DNA of 23,863 nucleotides from Calditrichia bacterium. Lineage in GTDB: Bacteria > Calditrichota > Calditrichia > RBG-13-44-9 > J075. Location of the stretch: assembly GCA_050633245.1 (NCBI GenBank), contig JBOEGD010000028.1, positions 1-23,863 of the forward strand. The letters are read 5' to 3'. The notes below the pieces were generated by a model that was given only the letters and a program-made list of their open reading frames with translations, did not search any database and was not told the DNA's origin. Positions within the stretch are counted from its first letter, which is position 1. Every line of letters starts with the position of its first letter. The position numbers were made by a program, and so were the translations under genes. Of this stretch, positions 7,993 through 16,749 are shown piece after piece.

Positions 7993-9098
7993 GCTACCTT
8001 TTGCTATTCATGTTGGGTGCACTGATTGTTGTGTTTGGAATAACCTTGACAAACACACTTTTTGCTCCCATGCTAAAAAATGCCCCTGCCCCTTCTCAGC
8101 AAACTTTGGTCTCGGTATTAATTCCTGCACGTAACGAAGCTGTAAATATTGACACGTGCCTTAGAGGCTTACGCAAACAAAACTATTCGGCGCTAGAAAT
8201 AATTGTACTGGATGACCAGAGCAGCGATGTGACAGGCTCAATCGTAGAAAGCAACATGCAGGAAGACGAGCGGGTTCGCTTGATATCCGGCAAGCCATTG
8301 CCGCCAGGATGGACTGGGAAAAATTGGGCATGTCATCAGCTAAGCCAACAGGCCAACGGAGAATACCTCATCTTTACAGATGCGGATACGCAGCATCACC
8401 CTGATGCCGTTTTGAACACCGTCGGGTGGATCGATTCTCGTAAACTGGCATTATTGTCCTCATTCTCACAGCAACTGACCGCAACAATAAGCGAGCGTTT
8501 GGTATTGCCAATTGTGGATATCTTTCTGTATTGTTCGTTACCTCTCTGGTTAATCTACTGGACAAAAAGTCCGCTACTTGCCGCTGCCAGCGGACAATGG
8601 ATAGCTTTTTCCCAAACATCCTATGAGGACATCGGCGGGCATATTGCAGTACAAAACCAAGTGGTAGAGGATGTTGAGTTTGCGCGCCTGGCCAAGCGAA
8701 AAGGCAAAAAGATTTTGGCGGTTTCCGGCGTAGGTCGTGTGTATTGTCGCATGTATCGCTCAGCAGCAGAAGTTTGGGAAGGATTTACCAAAAACATCTT
8801 TGGTATTATGGGCTATAATACCCCCTTCTTTATCATAATGATGGGACTGCTTTTTATTTGCTGTGTCCTGCCTTACCTGCTGCTTTTCTCGGCAACATGG
8901 TTCTCTATCGCGATAGCAGCAGTTGGAATCAATCTTCTGGTACGCCTTATGTTGGTACTGAAACTAAAGCACGACGCCTTCACCAGCATTGTTCTGCACC
9001 CGATTGGCATTCTGGCAACTATTCTAATTGGACTGAATTCCTGGCGTAGCGTAAAACAAGGTCATGTTATCTGGAAAGATCGAACCATAAACATATAA
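7989..9098 (+). CDS. GT2 glycosyltransferase, probable hydroxycarotenoid glycosyltransferase (CruC-like)
   Basis: IPARNE, DDQSSD, GWTGKNWAC, FTDAD, VVEDVE, CRMY; N- and C-terminal hydrophobic helices. Confidence 0.85.
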   Translation: MSYLLLFMLGALIVVFGITLTNTLFAPMLKNAPAPSQQTLVSVLIPARNEAVNIDTCLRGLRKQNYSALEIIVLDDQSSDVTGSIVESNMQEDERVRLISGKPLPPGWTGKNWACHQLSQQANGEYLIFTDADTQHHPDAVLNTVGWIDSRKLALLSSFSQQLTATISERLVLPIVDIFLYCSLPLWLIYWTKSPLLAAASGQWIAFSQTSYEDIGGHIAVQNQVVEDVEFARLAKRKGKKILAVSGVGRVYCRMYRSAAEVWEGFTKNIFGIMGYNTPFFIIMMGLLFICCVLPYLLLFSATWFSIAIAAVGINLLVRLMLVLKLKHDAFTSIVLHPIGILATILIGLNSWRSVKQGHVIWKDRTINI

Positions 9099-9156
9099 TT
9101 GATATCATAAGGCATCATCGGTAACGAGGGTTGTAACCCACGCAACAAAGACAATC

Positions 9157-9825
9157 ATGAATAAAAGATCATACGAAATATTTGCGCTTTATTTCTTCCT
9201 GCTGGCCGGCGGCCTATGGCATGTGCTGGATGTACTTCAACCCGTCATGCGCGCAACTGCAGGGTTTGTGGTAATCTTTCTGGCAGTCTGGATTGCATTT
9301 CACTATTGGTCCGAGCATAAGGAAAGCACGAAGAAGGAGTGGTCATCCTACTTTATTGTCTGGATGGCTATAGTCGTTGTTTCCACATTTCTTATTGAAT
9401 ATGCCGGTGTATCGACCGGAAAAGTTTTTGGGCGTTACGAATACGGTCGTACGCTCCAACCACAGCTGCTGGAGGTTCCTCTTTCAATCGGATTCGCCTG
9501 GCTGGGCATGCTTCTCAGCTCGGCAGCTATAGTACAAAAACTTGCAGGCACTCGAAATATGTCGCATCTTGCTAATGCAGCAGGCATTGCGTTTTTCATG
9601 GTGTTATTCGACATTGTAATGGAACCGGCGGCCGTCGCTTTAGGGTATTGGAACTGGTTTAATCAACCAATTCCAATACAAAACTATGCCGCCTGGTTTG
9701 CGATTGGCTTTGTGCTGGCATTTATTGGTCTCCGATTCGGCGTATTGACAAAGCGGCTCCCAATGCTTGCGATCCATATTTACAGTGCACAACTCTTGTA
9801 TTTTGGAATGATATTGTTAAAATAA
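9157..9825 (+). CDS. cruF: Carotenoid 1,2-hydratase, CruF-like membrane protein
   Basis: 'IEYAGVSTGKVFGRYEYG..L...LLEVPLSIGFAW', 'FDIVMEPAA..LGYWNW' and 'PIQNYAAWF' match the CruF/carotenoid-biosynthesis membrane family. Confidence 0.8.
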   Translation: MNKRSYEIFALYFFLLAGGLWHVLDVLQPVMRATAGFVVIFLAVWIAFHYWSEHKESTKKEWSSYFIVWMAIVVVSTFLIEYAGVSTGKVFGRYEYGRTLQPQLLEVPLSIGFAWLGMLLSSAAIVQKLAGTRNMSHLANAAGIAFFMVLFDIVMEPAAVALGYWNWFNQPIPIQNYAAWFAIGFVLAFIGLRFGVLTKRLPMLAIHIYSAQLLYFGMILLK

Positions 9826-9850
9826 CAGGTAACAGGTGACAGATCACAAT
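9823..9850. repeat. Degenerate heptamer tandem repeat TAACAGG TAACAGG TGACAGA TCACAAT
   Basis: Seen directly, starting at the cruF stop codon. Confidence 0.6.
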
Positions 9851-9922
9851 AACGCAGAGACAGGCTGGAATTAACCAGGGACTCAACTTTTAGTTCATCG
9901 TTTATAATTCACCTATTGCACC

Positions 9923-10642
9923 ATGGCAAAAGACTCATACATCGGACTAACTATCGCCCTAATCATATTCGGTTCTTGGGGCATAAGCATATATTTTCAG
10001 CTGTCGCTGGATCTCTGGCAGTTTGGGGTTCCCGTCGCCATTGGGGGCATTGTACTGCAAACATTTCTCTATACCGGGCTCTTCATTACCGCTCATGATG
10101 CCATGCACGGATCTGTTTATCGCATCAATGCGAAAGTAAACGACTTTATTGGAACGCTGGCAGTACGCCTCTACGCGCTGTTCTCCTTTCCAAAACTGCA
10201 CGATAAACATTGGGAACATCACACCCATCCGGCAAGCGATGACGACCCTGATTTTCACGATGGCGAACATCCGCAGTTCTGGCGCTGGTATCTGCACTTC
10301 CTGCTAAACTACATCACGTGGAAACAAATTGCAGGCATGGCAATCGTCTTTAACATTCTGGAACATCTGGTTGGCATATCGGCACCACGCTTAATTGTAT
10401 TTTGGGTATTGCCTTCTTTACTCAGCACGCTGCAGCTATTTTATTTTGGCACTTATTTGCCGCATCGCGAGGCAGATGGCTATGTAGATGAACATCACGC
10501 CCGCAGCAATAACTACTCAACCTTCTGGTCGTTTATTACCTGCTATCACTTCGGCTATCACTGGGAGCACCACGCCTATCCCCATGTCGCCTGGTGGAAG
10601 CTGCCGGCCCGGCGCAATAAAATTTCGGGAACACTGCCATGA
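9923..10642 (+). CDS. crtW: Beta-carotene ketolase (fatty-acid-desaturase fold)
   Basis: 'TGLFITAHDAMHG', 'HWEHH..P....DPDFH', 'QLFYFGTYLPHR' and 'TCYHFGYHWEHH..PHVAWWKLP' are characteristic CrtW histidine boxes. Confidence 0.9.
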   Translation: MAKDSYIGLTIALIIFGSWGISIYFQLSLDLWQFGVPVAIGGIVLQTFLYTGLFITAHDAMHGSVYRINAKVNDFIGTLAVRLYALFSFPKLHDKHWEHHTHPASDDDPDFHDGEHPQFWRWYLHFLLNYITWKQIAGMAIVFNILEHLVGISAPRLIVFWVLPSLLSTLQLFYFGTYLPHREADGYVDEHHARSNNYSTFWSFITCYHFGYHWEHHAYPHVAWWKLPARRNKISGTLP

Positions 10643-11949
10643 GTAAAACTGAAGATAAACAGGTTCTGGAAGAGCTAAAGCTTCTTCGCGAGCAGGTCGG
10701 GAAACTTACCGATGCCTATAACCGCACCCGCAACGCGGAACGCAGCGTAACGGAAAGCGATAATCGCTACCGTCGACTCATACGCTATCTTACTGACTAT
10801 ATTTATACCGTTCAGGTAAAAGATAATATCGCACTTGAAACGTATCACGGCCCCGGTTGTGTTGCGGTAACAGGCTATCAATCCGAAGAGTTTGATGCCG
10901 ATCCCGATCTATGGTTTTCGATGGTACACAAAGACGATCGAGCAATCGTGCTGGAACAAGGTGCAACCGCCCGCTCCGGGAAACATGTTCCACCGCTCGA
11001 ACATCGAATTATTCATCGCGACGGCAGCGTACGCTGGATCCGTAATACAGTTGTCCTGCGCAAAGATCACAACGGCAAGGTAACCTCATACGATGGACTC
11101 ATTCGCGATATTACCGAACGCAAGCAGGCCGAAGAAGAGGCAGAAAGCCGCAGAAAACAGCTGGTACAGGCAGATAAAATGGCAACTCTTGGTACTTTAT
11201 CATCCGGCATGGCCCATGAAATAAACAACCCGAACAATTATATACAGCTTAATGCACAGCTATTGGAGAAGGTCTGGAAAGACATTTTACCGATTCTTGA
11301 CAGTTATTCTCAGCAACAGGGCGATTTTTCTTTGGCTGGTATGCAGTATTCACAAGAACGTGACAATATCGGAGAACTTATTCGCGGTACGATGGAAGGG
11401 GCACGCAGGATTGAACGCATTATCAAAAACCTGAAGGCCTTTTCAAAACAAGACATCACCGAGCAAAGCAGTACAGTAGATATGAACGAGGTGCTTGCTT
11501 CAGCAATTGAGCTCACCAAAACATTAATTCAACAATCTACAAGCCACTTTAAGACTGCAATCGACAAGAAACTGCCTTTTCTCTTTGGAAATGCCCAACA
11601 GCTGGAACAGGTCATTATCAATCTCCTTACAAATGCTTGTCAGGCATTGGAGAACACGCATCAAACAATGCATCTGAAAGCCAGTCCGACACCAAACGGA
11701 ATTCTTATTATTGTAGAAGATAGTGGTCGTGGGATATCCGAGAAGAACCAACGACATATCTTCGATCCATTCTTTACGACAAAAAGAGATTCTGATGGTA
11801 CTGGGTTGGGTCTTTCGATCTCTTATCAAATTGTGCAGCAACACGGGGGTGATTTAGCTATTCGTTCGGATGAGGGAGAAGGCACAACAGTCAGTCTTTT
11901 TCTGCCGGCAATGCAAAATAGAACGGATTCTCCCGAGGTAGTAAAATGA
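10639..11949 (+). CDS. Cytoplasmic PAS-domain sensor histidine kinase (NtrB-like)
   Basis: PAS/PAC (…VHKDDR…HRIIHRDGSVRW…DITERK), H-box AHEINNP, N-box NLLTNA, DSGRG, FDPFFTTK, GTGLGL; no transmembrane segment evident. Confidence 0.92.
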   Translation: MSKTEDKQVLEELKLLREQVGKLTDAYNRTRNAERSVTESDNRYRRLIRYLTDYIYTVQVKDNIALETYHGPGCVAVTGYQSEEFDADPDLWFSMVHKDDRAIVLEQGATARSGKHVPPLEHRIIHRDGSVRWIRNTVVLRKDHNGKVTSYDGLIRDITERKQAEEEAESRRKQLVQADKMATLGTLSSGMAHEINNPNNYIQLNAQLLEKVWKDILPILDSYSQQQGDFSLAGMQYSQERDNIGELIRGTMEGARRIERIIKNLKAFSKQDITEQSSTVDMNEVLASAIELTKTLIQQSTSHFKTAIDKKLPFLFGNAQQLEQVIINLLTNACQALENTHQTMHLKASPTPNGILIIVEDSGRGISEKNQRHIFDPFFTTKRDSDGTGLGLSISYQIVQQHGGDLAIRSDEGEGTTVSLFLPAMQNRTDSPEVVK

Positions 11950-13346
11950 GTTATCCAGTACATCCGATTCTGTTAATAGACGACGAGACGTATTTTCTTC
12001 ACAGCGCTGCTATGACCTTAAAATCTGCCGGTATCGGCAATGTACGCAGCTGCTCAGACAGTCGGAAAGCACTGGGCACTCTTGAAGAGATGGAATACAG
12101 CGCCATACTTCTGGATGTTATGATGCCACATATCAGTGGGGATAACATCTTTGCGGAAATACGCTCGCGTTATCCGGAGCTGCCGGTAATTATGCTCACG
12201 GCAATAAATGAAGTAGAAACAGCCGTAGATTTCTTAAAGGCCGGTGCTTTCGACTATCTCGTTAAGCCTGTCGATGATGCTCGCTTAATAAACACCCTGC
12301 GTCGGGCAATTGAATATCGCCAAATGAGCTCGGAAAACACACTCCTGAAAGAATATCTGTTATCCGGTGAACTAAAAAATCCCGCAGTCTTTGAATCAAT
12401 CATCACTGTAAGTGAACAGCTAACAGCGGTTTTCAAATATATCGAGGCGATAGGAAATACCCCGTTTCCAGTGTTAATAACCGGAGAAACCGGTGTTGGG
12501 AAAGAGCGAATAGCCCGTGCCATTCACGATGTGAGTCATCGCGATGGTGAGTTTGTTGCTGTGAACGTTGCAGGCCTGGACGACAACTTATTCTCTGATA
12601 CCCTTTTTGGGCATCGCAAAGGCGCGTTTACCGGTGCAGACAGCGATCGCAAGGGCTTAATAGACCGAGCCTATAACGGAACGCTTTTCCTCGATGAAAT
12701 CGGCGATCTGAAAATGGAGTCGCAGGTAAAATTGCTGAGGCTCTTGCAGGAAGGTACCTTTTACGCATTAGGCGCAGATACAGCCCGTGTATCGGATGCA
12801 CGTATTGTTGTTGCTACGCATCAGGATCTTGCTCAAAGACAGCAGGAGGAAACCTTTCGTGCAGACCTCTACTATCGTCTGAGTACTCATCATATAAAAA
12901 TTTCCCCTTTGCGGGAACGACCTGAAGACATCCGGCCACTTGTTGAACACTTCTTGCAAATCGCCGCTAAAAAGCTGGATAGAAAGCGGCCTTCCGCTCC
13001 TCCAGAATTGTTTATCTTGTTGCAAAACTACCCATTTCCAGGCAATGTGCGTGAGCTTGAAGCGATGGTTTTTGATGCCGTCAGTCGCCACGAAGCAGGC
13101 GTAATATCTCTGAAGACCTTTAGAGATCGCATCGGCAATTCAGCTGAAAATCCTTTACCTGCCAGCAAGCAAGGGGAACAACTGCAATTTCCTCTCGTAC
13201 TACCAACACTGAAAGAAATTGATGCCCTCCTCATTGCCGAGGCACTTAAACGTGCCGATGGTAATCAAACCATCGCAGCTCAACTATTGGGACTTACACG
13301 AAAAGCATTAAGCAATCGTCTTGCAAGGCTCGACAAGAACAAATAG
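11946..13346 (+). CDS. Sigma54-dependent response regulator (NtrC/AtoC family: REC-AAA+-HTH)
   Basis: REC (IDDE, LLDVMMP, KP), Walker A GETGVGKE, GAFTGA loop, Walker B LFLDEIG, FPGNVREL, Fis-type HTH (GNQTIAAQLLG). Confidence 0.93.
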   Translation: MSYPVHPILLIDDETYFLHSAAMTLKSAGIGNVRSCSDSRKALGTLEEMEYSAILLDVMMPHISGDNIFAEIRSRYPELPVIMLTAINEVETAVDFLKAGAFDYLVKPVDDARLINTLRRAIEYRQMSSENTLLKEYLLSGELKNPAVFESIITVSEQLTAVFKYIEAIGNTPFPVLITGETGVGKERIARAIHDVSHRDGEFVAVNVAGLDDNLFSDTLFGHRKGAFTGADSDRKGLIDRAYNGTLFLDEIGDLKMESQVKLLRLLQEGTFYALGADTARVSDARIVVATHQDLAQRQQEETFRADLYYRLSTHHIKISPLRERPEDIRPLVEHFLQIAAKKLDRKRPSAPPELFILLQNYPFPGNVRELEAMVFDAVSRHEAGVISLKTFRDRIGNSAENPLPASKQGEQLQFPLVLPTLKEIDALLIAEALKRADGNQTIAAQLLGLTRKALSNRLARLDKNK

Positions 13347-13543
13347 TCTCTCGCCCCCCGGTACAATACTTCTCATCTCCCAAAAAGAGCAGGTTTTTTA
13401 AACACCTGTAAATATTAAGATTAAACTAGTTAATTAATAAATAGCTACCTCAAAACGTACCACCCCTCCGGCATTTCCAACGCAACCCCCAAAAACCTCT
13501 TAAACACATAATTAACAACAACCTAAAGACTACAAATGTTTTC

Positions 13544-13559
13544 TGGCATAGGAGTTGTT
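13544..13559 (+). promoter_or_regulatory. Candidate sigma54 (-24/-12) promoter
   Basis: TGGCATAGGAGTTGTT: TGGCA-N6-TTG spacing is correct, with GT in place of GC at -12. It lies just downstream of a sigma54 activator gene, after an AT-rich spacer. Confidence 0.5.
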
Positions 13560-13635
13560 TTATAACCAGGCTATAAGTGTTAAAAATGAGACAGAGAACA
13601 ACAGAGAGTTCATCAATATTTCAGGAGAATCAATT

Positions 13636-13758
13636 ATGAAAAAGACACTAAACACTATCGTTTCAGCCTTCGCAGCCTTCGCAGATCTGTATTCCGGCAG
13701 CCAGCGCATGGTTAAGCCAGCGCAACAAATAAGCACTGAAAATAAATCTCATAAATGA
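13636..13758 (+). CDS. Putative 40-aa small protein MKKTLNTIVSAFAAFADLYSGSQRMVKPAQQISTENKSHK
   Basis: AGGAG RBS at 13623-13627 with 8-nt spacing to ATG 13636 (the in-frame 3' part of track ORF 13555..13758). No recognised homology. Confidence 0.45.
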   Translation: MKKTLNTIVSAFAAFADLYSGSQRMVKPAQQISTENKSHK

Positions 13759-13781
13759 TTTACCCGGCAATGGAGTATGTT

Positions 13782-14186
13782 ATGAAAAAGAATATATGCA
13801 TCCTGTTTTTCGCAGTGGCGCTATTTGTAGCACCAGTTTTACAAGCGAACCCCGGCGAGCAAGATGACAAACTGAGCAAGGCAATTGCAGTTTATGCCAC
13901 CAGTCTGCAGCATAACAACAAGGGAGTGGTTGAATCAACGATCTTCAACGTGATGCGTCTTAAGAGAGATCACGCCAATCTGGATTATTCTGAAATCCGT
14001 TCTAATCTTAAAATACTGTTGATTAATCCACCATCTCAGACCATACGCTATAAGGCTTTTATTGCGTTAAATTATTTGGAAAGTCCACAACATTTTCCAT
14101 GGATCGAAGAAATAAAACCTGGGGAGCCTGCTGAGTCCTTCCGTGTATTATCCGAGAAGCTTACTCAGCAACTCGCCGGCCTCTAA
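13782..14186 (+). CDS. Secreted hypothetical protein
   Basis: GGAG at 13772-13775 before ATG 13782; Sec-type signal peptide MKKNICILFFAVALFVAPVLQA; mature part looks helical; followed by a terminator. Confidence 0.75.
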   Translation: MKKNICILFFAVALFVAPVLQANPGEQDDKLSKAIAVYATSLQHNNKGVVESTIFNVMRLKRDHANLDYSEIRSNLKILLINPPSQTIRYKAFIALNYLESPQHFPWIEEIKPGEPAESFRVLSEKLTQQLAGL

Positions 14187-14215
14187 CCAATTCCGCTGAA
14201 GTTTTTACCTCTTTA

Positions 14216-14252
14216 AAAAGTCCCGGCAGCAATTTCTGTTTCCGGGACTTTT
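14216..14252 (+). terminator. Rho-independent terminator, possibly bidirectional
   Basis: AAAAGTCCCGG...CCGGGACTTTT inverted repeat about 30 nt after the stop codon. Confidence 0.75.
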
Positions 14253-14279
14253 GCTTGTCCGGCCTTTAAACCATTTCAC

Positions 14280-14308
14280 TTGGATTCCTCTGACGCAGCA
14301 GCTAACTT
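14280..14308 (+). promoter_or_regulatory. Possible sigma70 promoter for the FKBP gene
   Basis: TTGGAT, 17-nt spacer, TAACTT, between the terminator and ATG 14347. Confidence 0.35.
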
Positions 14309-14346
14309 GACCGCTTAAGCTAAAAACAACTATTTTAGGGGACTCT

Positions 14347-14775
14347 ATGTCTACTGCACAATCTGGAAATACTGTAAAAATTCATTATAAGGGCCTACTC
14401 GAAGACGGCAGCGTTTTTGATACATCCGTCGGACGCGAACCATTCGAATTCGTTTTGGGAAGCGGTATGGTCATCCCGGGATTCGACACCGGCGTTAGCG
14501 GAATGGCTATCGGCGAGAAAAAAACCATCTCTATTCCACCGGAAGAAGCATATGGCGAACTACGTGAAGAAATGATCATCGATGTTAGCCGCACCCAGCT
14601 GCCACCCGACATGGAACCGGAAATCGGCATGATGCTTATGGCAGACACGACTGAAGGTAGTAAAGCACAATTAAAGATTATCGAAGTAAGTGCAGACTCC
14701 GTGAAGCTGGATGGCAATCACCCATTAGCTGGCAAAACTCTGACCTTCGAACTCGAGCTGCTTGAAATTGCCTAG
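14347..14775 (+). CDS. FKBP-type peptidyl-prolyl isomerase, SlyD/FkpB-like (no His-rich tail)
   Basis: 'VKIHYKGLLEDGSVFDTS', 'IPPEEAYG', insert-in-flap region, 'LDGNHPLAGKTLTFELEL'. Confidence 0.93.
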   Translation: MSTAQSGNTVKIHYKGLLEDGSVFDTSVGREPFEFVLGSGMVIPGFDTGVSGMAIGEKKTISIPPEEAYGELREEMIIDVSRTQLPPDMEPEIGMMLMADTTEGSKAQLKIIEVSADSVKLDGNHPLAGKTLTFELELLEIA

Positions 14776-14826
14776 TATAAAGCGTAATCTTTAAAGTTAA
14801 TCGACGATATTACCGATACTGACGCC

Positions 14827-15270
14827 ATGGATACCATTACGCTCAGTTTCACACGGGATTTAGAATATTTACGTCTGGCTACTGTCGTTTCCAGCGAAAT
14901 ATGCACCAAGTTAATTGCCGATCAGAAGATCAGTGAAAATTTTAAGCGAGACCTTGAACTGGTTATCTGCGAGGCTGCTGCAAACGCCATTAAACATGGT
15001 GGAGAGAGCGGTGGTAGAAACTTTGCAATGCTTACCTTCGAAATCGGTGATTCGTCGCTTAAAATAAACGTTCGCGATCAGGGAAAAGGTTTCGATATTG
15101 GTGAAATCCCGGAGCCTGATTTTGATAGCGTTCCGGAAGGTGGTTACGGAATTTATATCATGCGAACAATTATGGATGATGTGAGTTATAATACCGGTGA
15201 TGATGGCTGGAATACGCTCACTCTTATCAAGAACTATGACGTTACTTCAGAACTGGTAGTAACTACCTAG
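14827..15270 (+). CDS. RsbW-like anti-sigma factor / Ser-Thr kinase (HATPase_c)
   Basis: 'ELVICEAAANAIKHG', 'VRDQGKGFD', 'EGGYGIYIMRTIMDDV.Y', 'NTLTLIK'. Confidence 0.85.
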   Translation: MDTITLSFTRDLEYLRLATVVSSEICTKLIADQKISENFKRDLELVICEAAANAIKHGGESGGRNFAMLTFEIGDSSLKINVRDQGKGFDIGEIPEPDFDSVPEGGYGIYIMRTIMDDVSYNTGDDGWNTLTLIKNYDVTSELVVTT

Positions 15271-15336
15271 CCATTATCTAAATCTATTTTCATTGTTTGA
15301 TAACCCGGCTTTCCGCTTCGCACAAGGACAGATTCC

Positions 15337-16392
15337 ATGAAAAATATGCTTGTTACCGGAGGCTCCGGCTTCATTGGTTCCAACTTCATTCGCTTCGTCT
15401 TCGAAAAAACTGATTTTGCCGGCAAGATTATCAATATTGATAGCCTTACATATGCCGGAAACCCGGATAGCCTCGCAGATATCGCGGCAGCACATTCGGA
15501 GCGCTATGTTTTTGAACATGTCGACATTTGCGATCCGGAGCGCCTTTCGAAAGTATTCGATGATCATCAGATTGATACAATTTGTCACTTTGCAGCAGAG
15601 TCACATGTCGACCGCTCAATAACAGGACCTAGCGCGTTTGTGCAAACAAACGTGATCGGCACGTTTAACCTCCTCGAGCTGGCCCGGGCAGCAAAAGACC
15701 GAATCCATCTTTTCCACCACGTTAGCACAGATGAAGTTTTTGGTAGTTTGGGTGATGAAGGCTTCTTTCGCGAAGATACGGCCTATAGTCCGAATAGTCC
15801 ATATTCTGCTTCAAAAGCCGCGTCCGACCACTTCGTTCGCGCCTATCACGAAACCTACGGACTACCCGTTACCATCTCAAATTGCTCAAATAACTACGGT
15901 CCATACCAATTTCCCGAGAAGTTAATTCCGTTAATGATCCTTAACGCAGAAGCCGGGAAGCCGCTACCGGTTTATGGAGACGGTAGCAACATTCGCGATT
16001 GGCTGTATGTGGAAGACCACTGTGATGCTATCTGGACGATTATGACGCGCGGCAAGCATGGAAGAACATATAATATTGGCGGAGACAATGAACTCCCCAA
16101 TCTGGATGTTGTTCATCAAATCTGCGATATTGTTGATACGCTTCGCCCTGCCGCTAAGCCGCGACGTGAGTTAATCACTTTTGTGAAAGATCGCCCCGGG
16201 CATGACTGGCGCTATGCAATAGACTTCTCTCGCATTAATAATGAGCTTGGCTGGCACCCCAAAGAAACCTTCCAAACCGGCTTTGAAAAGACCGTTCGCT
16301 GGTATCTGGACAACACCGAGTGGATTGATAGAATTCGCAGCGGTGCGTATACTGATTGGATCAAGCAGCAGTATGGGGAAATTACTGAATAG
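15337..16392 (+). CDS. rfbB: dTDP-glucose 4,6-dehydratase
   Basis: [62 protein letters not shown]. Confidence 0.96.
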   Translation: MKNMLVTGGSGFIGSNFIRFVFEKTDFAGKIINIDSLTYAGNPDSLADIAAAHSERYVFEHVDICDPERLSKVFDDHQIDTICHFAAESHVDRSITGPSAFVQTNVIGTFNLLELARAAKDRIHLFHHVSTDEVFGSLGDEGFFREDTAYSPNSPYSASKAASDHFVRAYHETYGLPVTISNCSNNYGPYQFPEKLIPLMILNAEAGKPLPVYGDGSNIRDWLYVEDHCDAIWTIMTRGKHGRTYNIGGDNELPNLDVVHQICDIVDTLRPAAKPRRELITFVKDRPGHDWRYAIDFSRINNELGWHPKETFQTGFEKTVRWYLDNTEWIDRIRSGAYTDWIKQQYGEITE

Positions 16393-16749
16393 ATCACAAT
16401 ATAGCCCTCACTTTTTCTCTACCTTATAATCTCTACGGGTAACGAACGCGTGAGGCTGCTATTCCATCACTATTCTTCGCTTCCCGGGCAGATGCCCGGC
16501 TTACGCATGAATAGTCTTAGCCACACCTTCGAAAAACACAAAACACTTTATTATCAGAAATGCAATCACTGTCTTATTTTCGGTGAATCTACGCTTATTT
16601 TTTGCGTGGCAGCAACCGATGATGTCTAAGATAGGGGCGCTGTATTTCTGGACATTCACAGTCATCTGGTCTGGTGTGATAGCGCGCATCACTTTGACAT
16701 TAAAATCGGGCCATTTTATGGCTAAGCGAAACACCATACTGGATTCGAT

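Noticed and set aside
9129-9140. GGGTTGTAACCC small palindrome (REP-like) between GT2 and cruF
   Set aside because: Single short copy with no second instance noticed in the window.
10846-10880. Cys-containing PAS motif (HGPGCVAVTGY) as a possible LOV photoreceptor
   Set aside because: It lacks the LOV GxNCRFLQ signature, so it is treated as a generic PAS domain.
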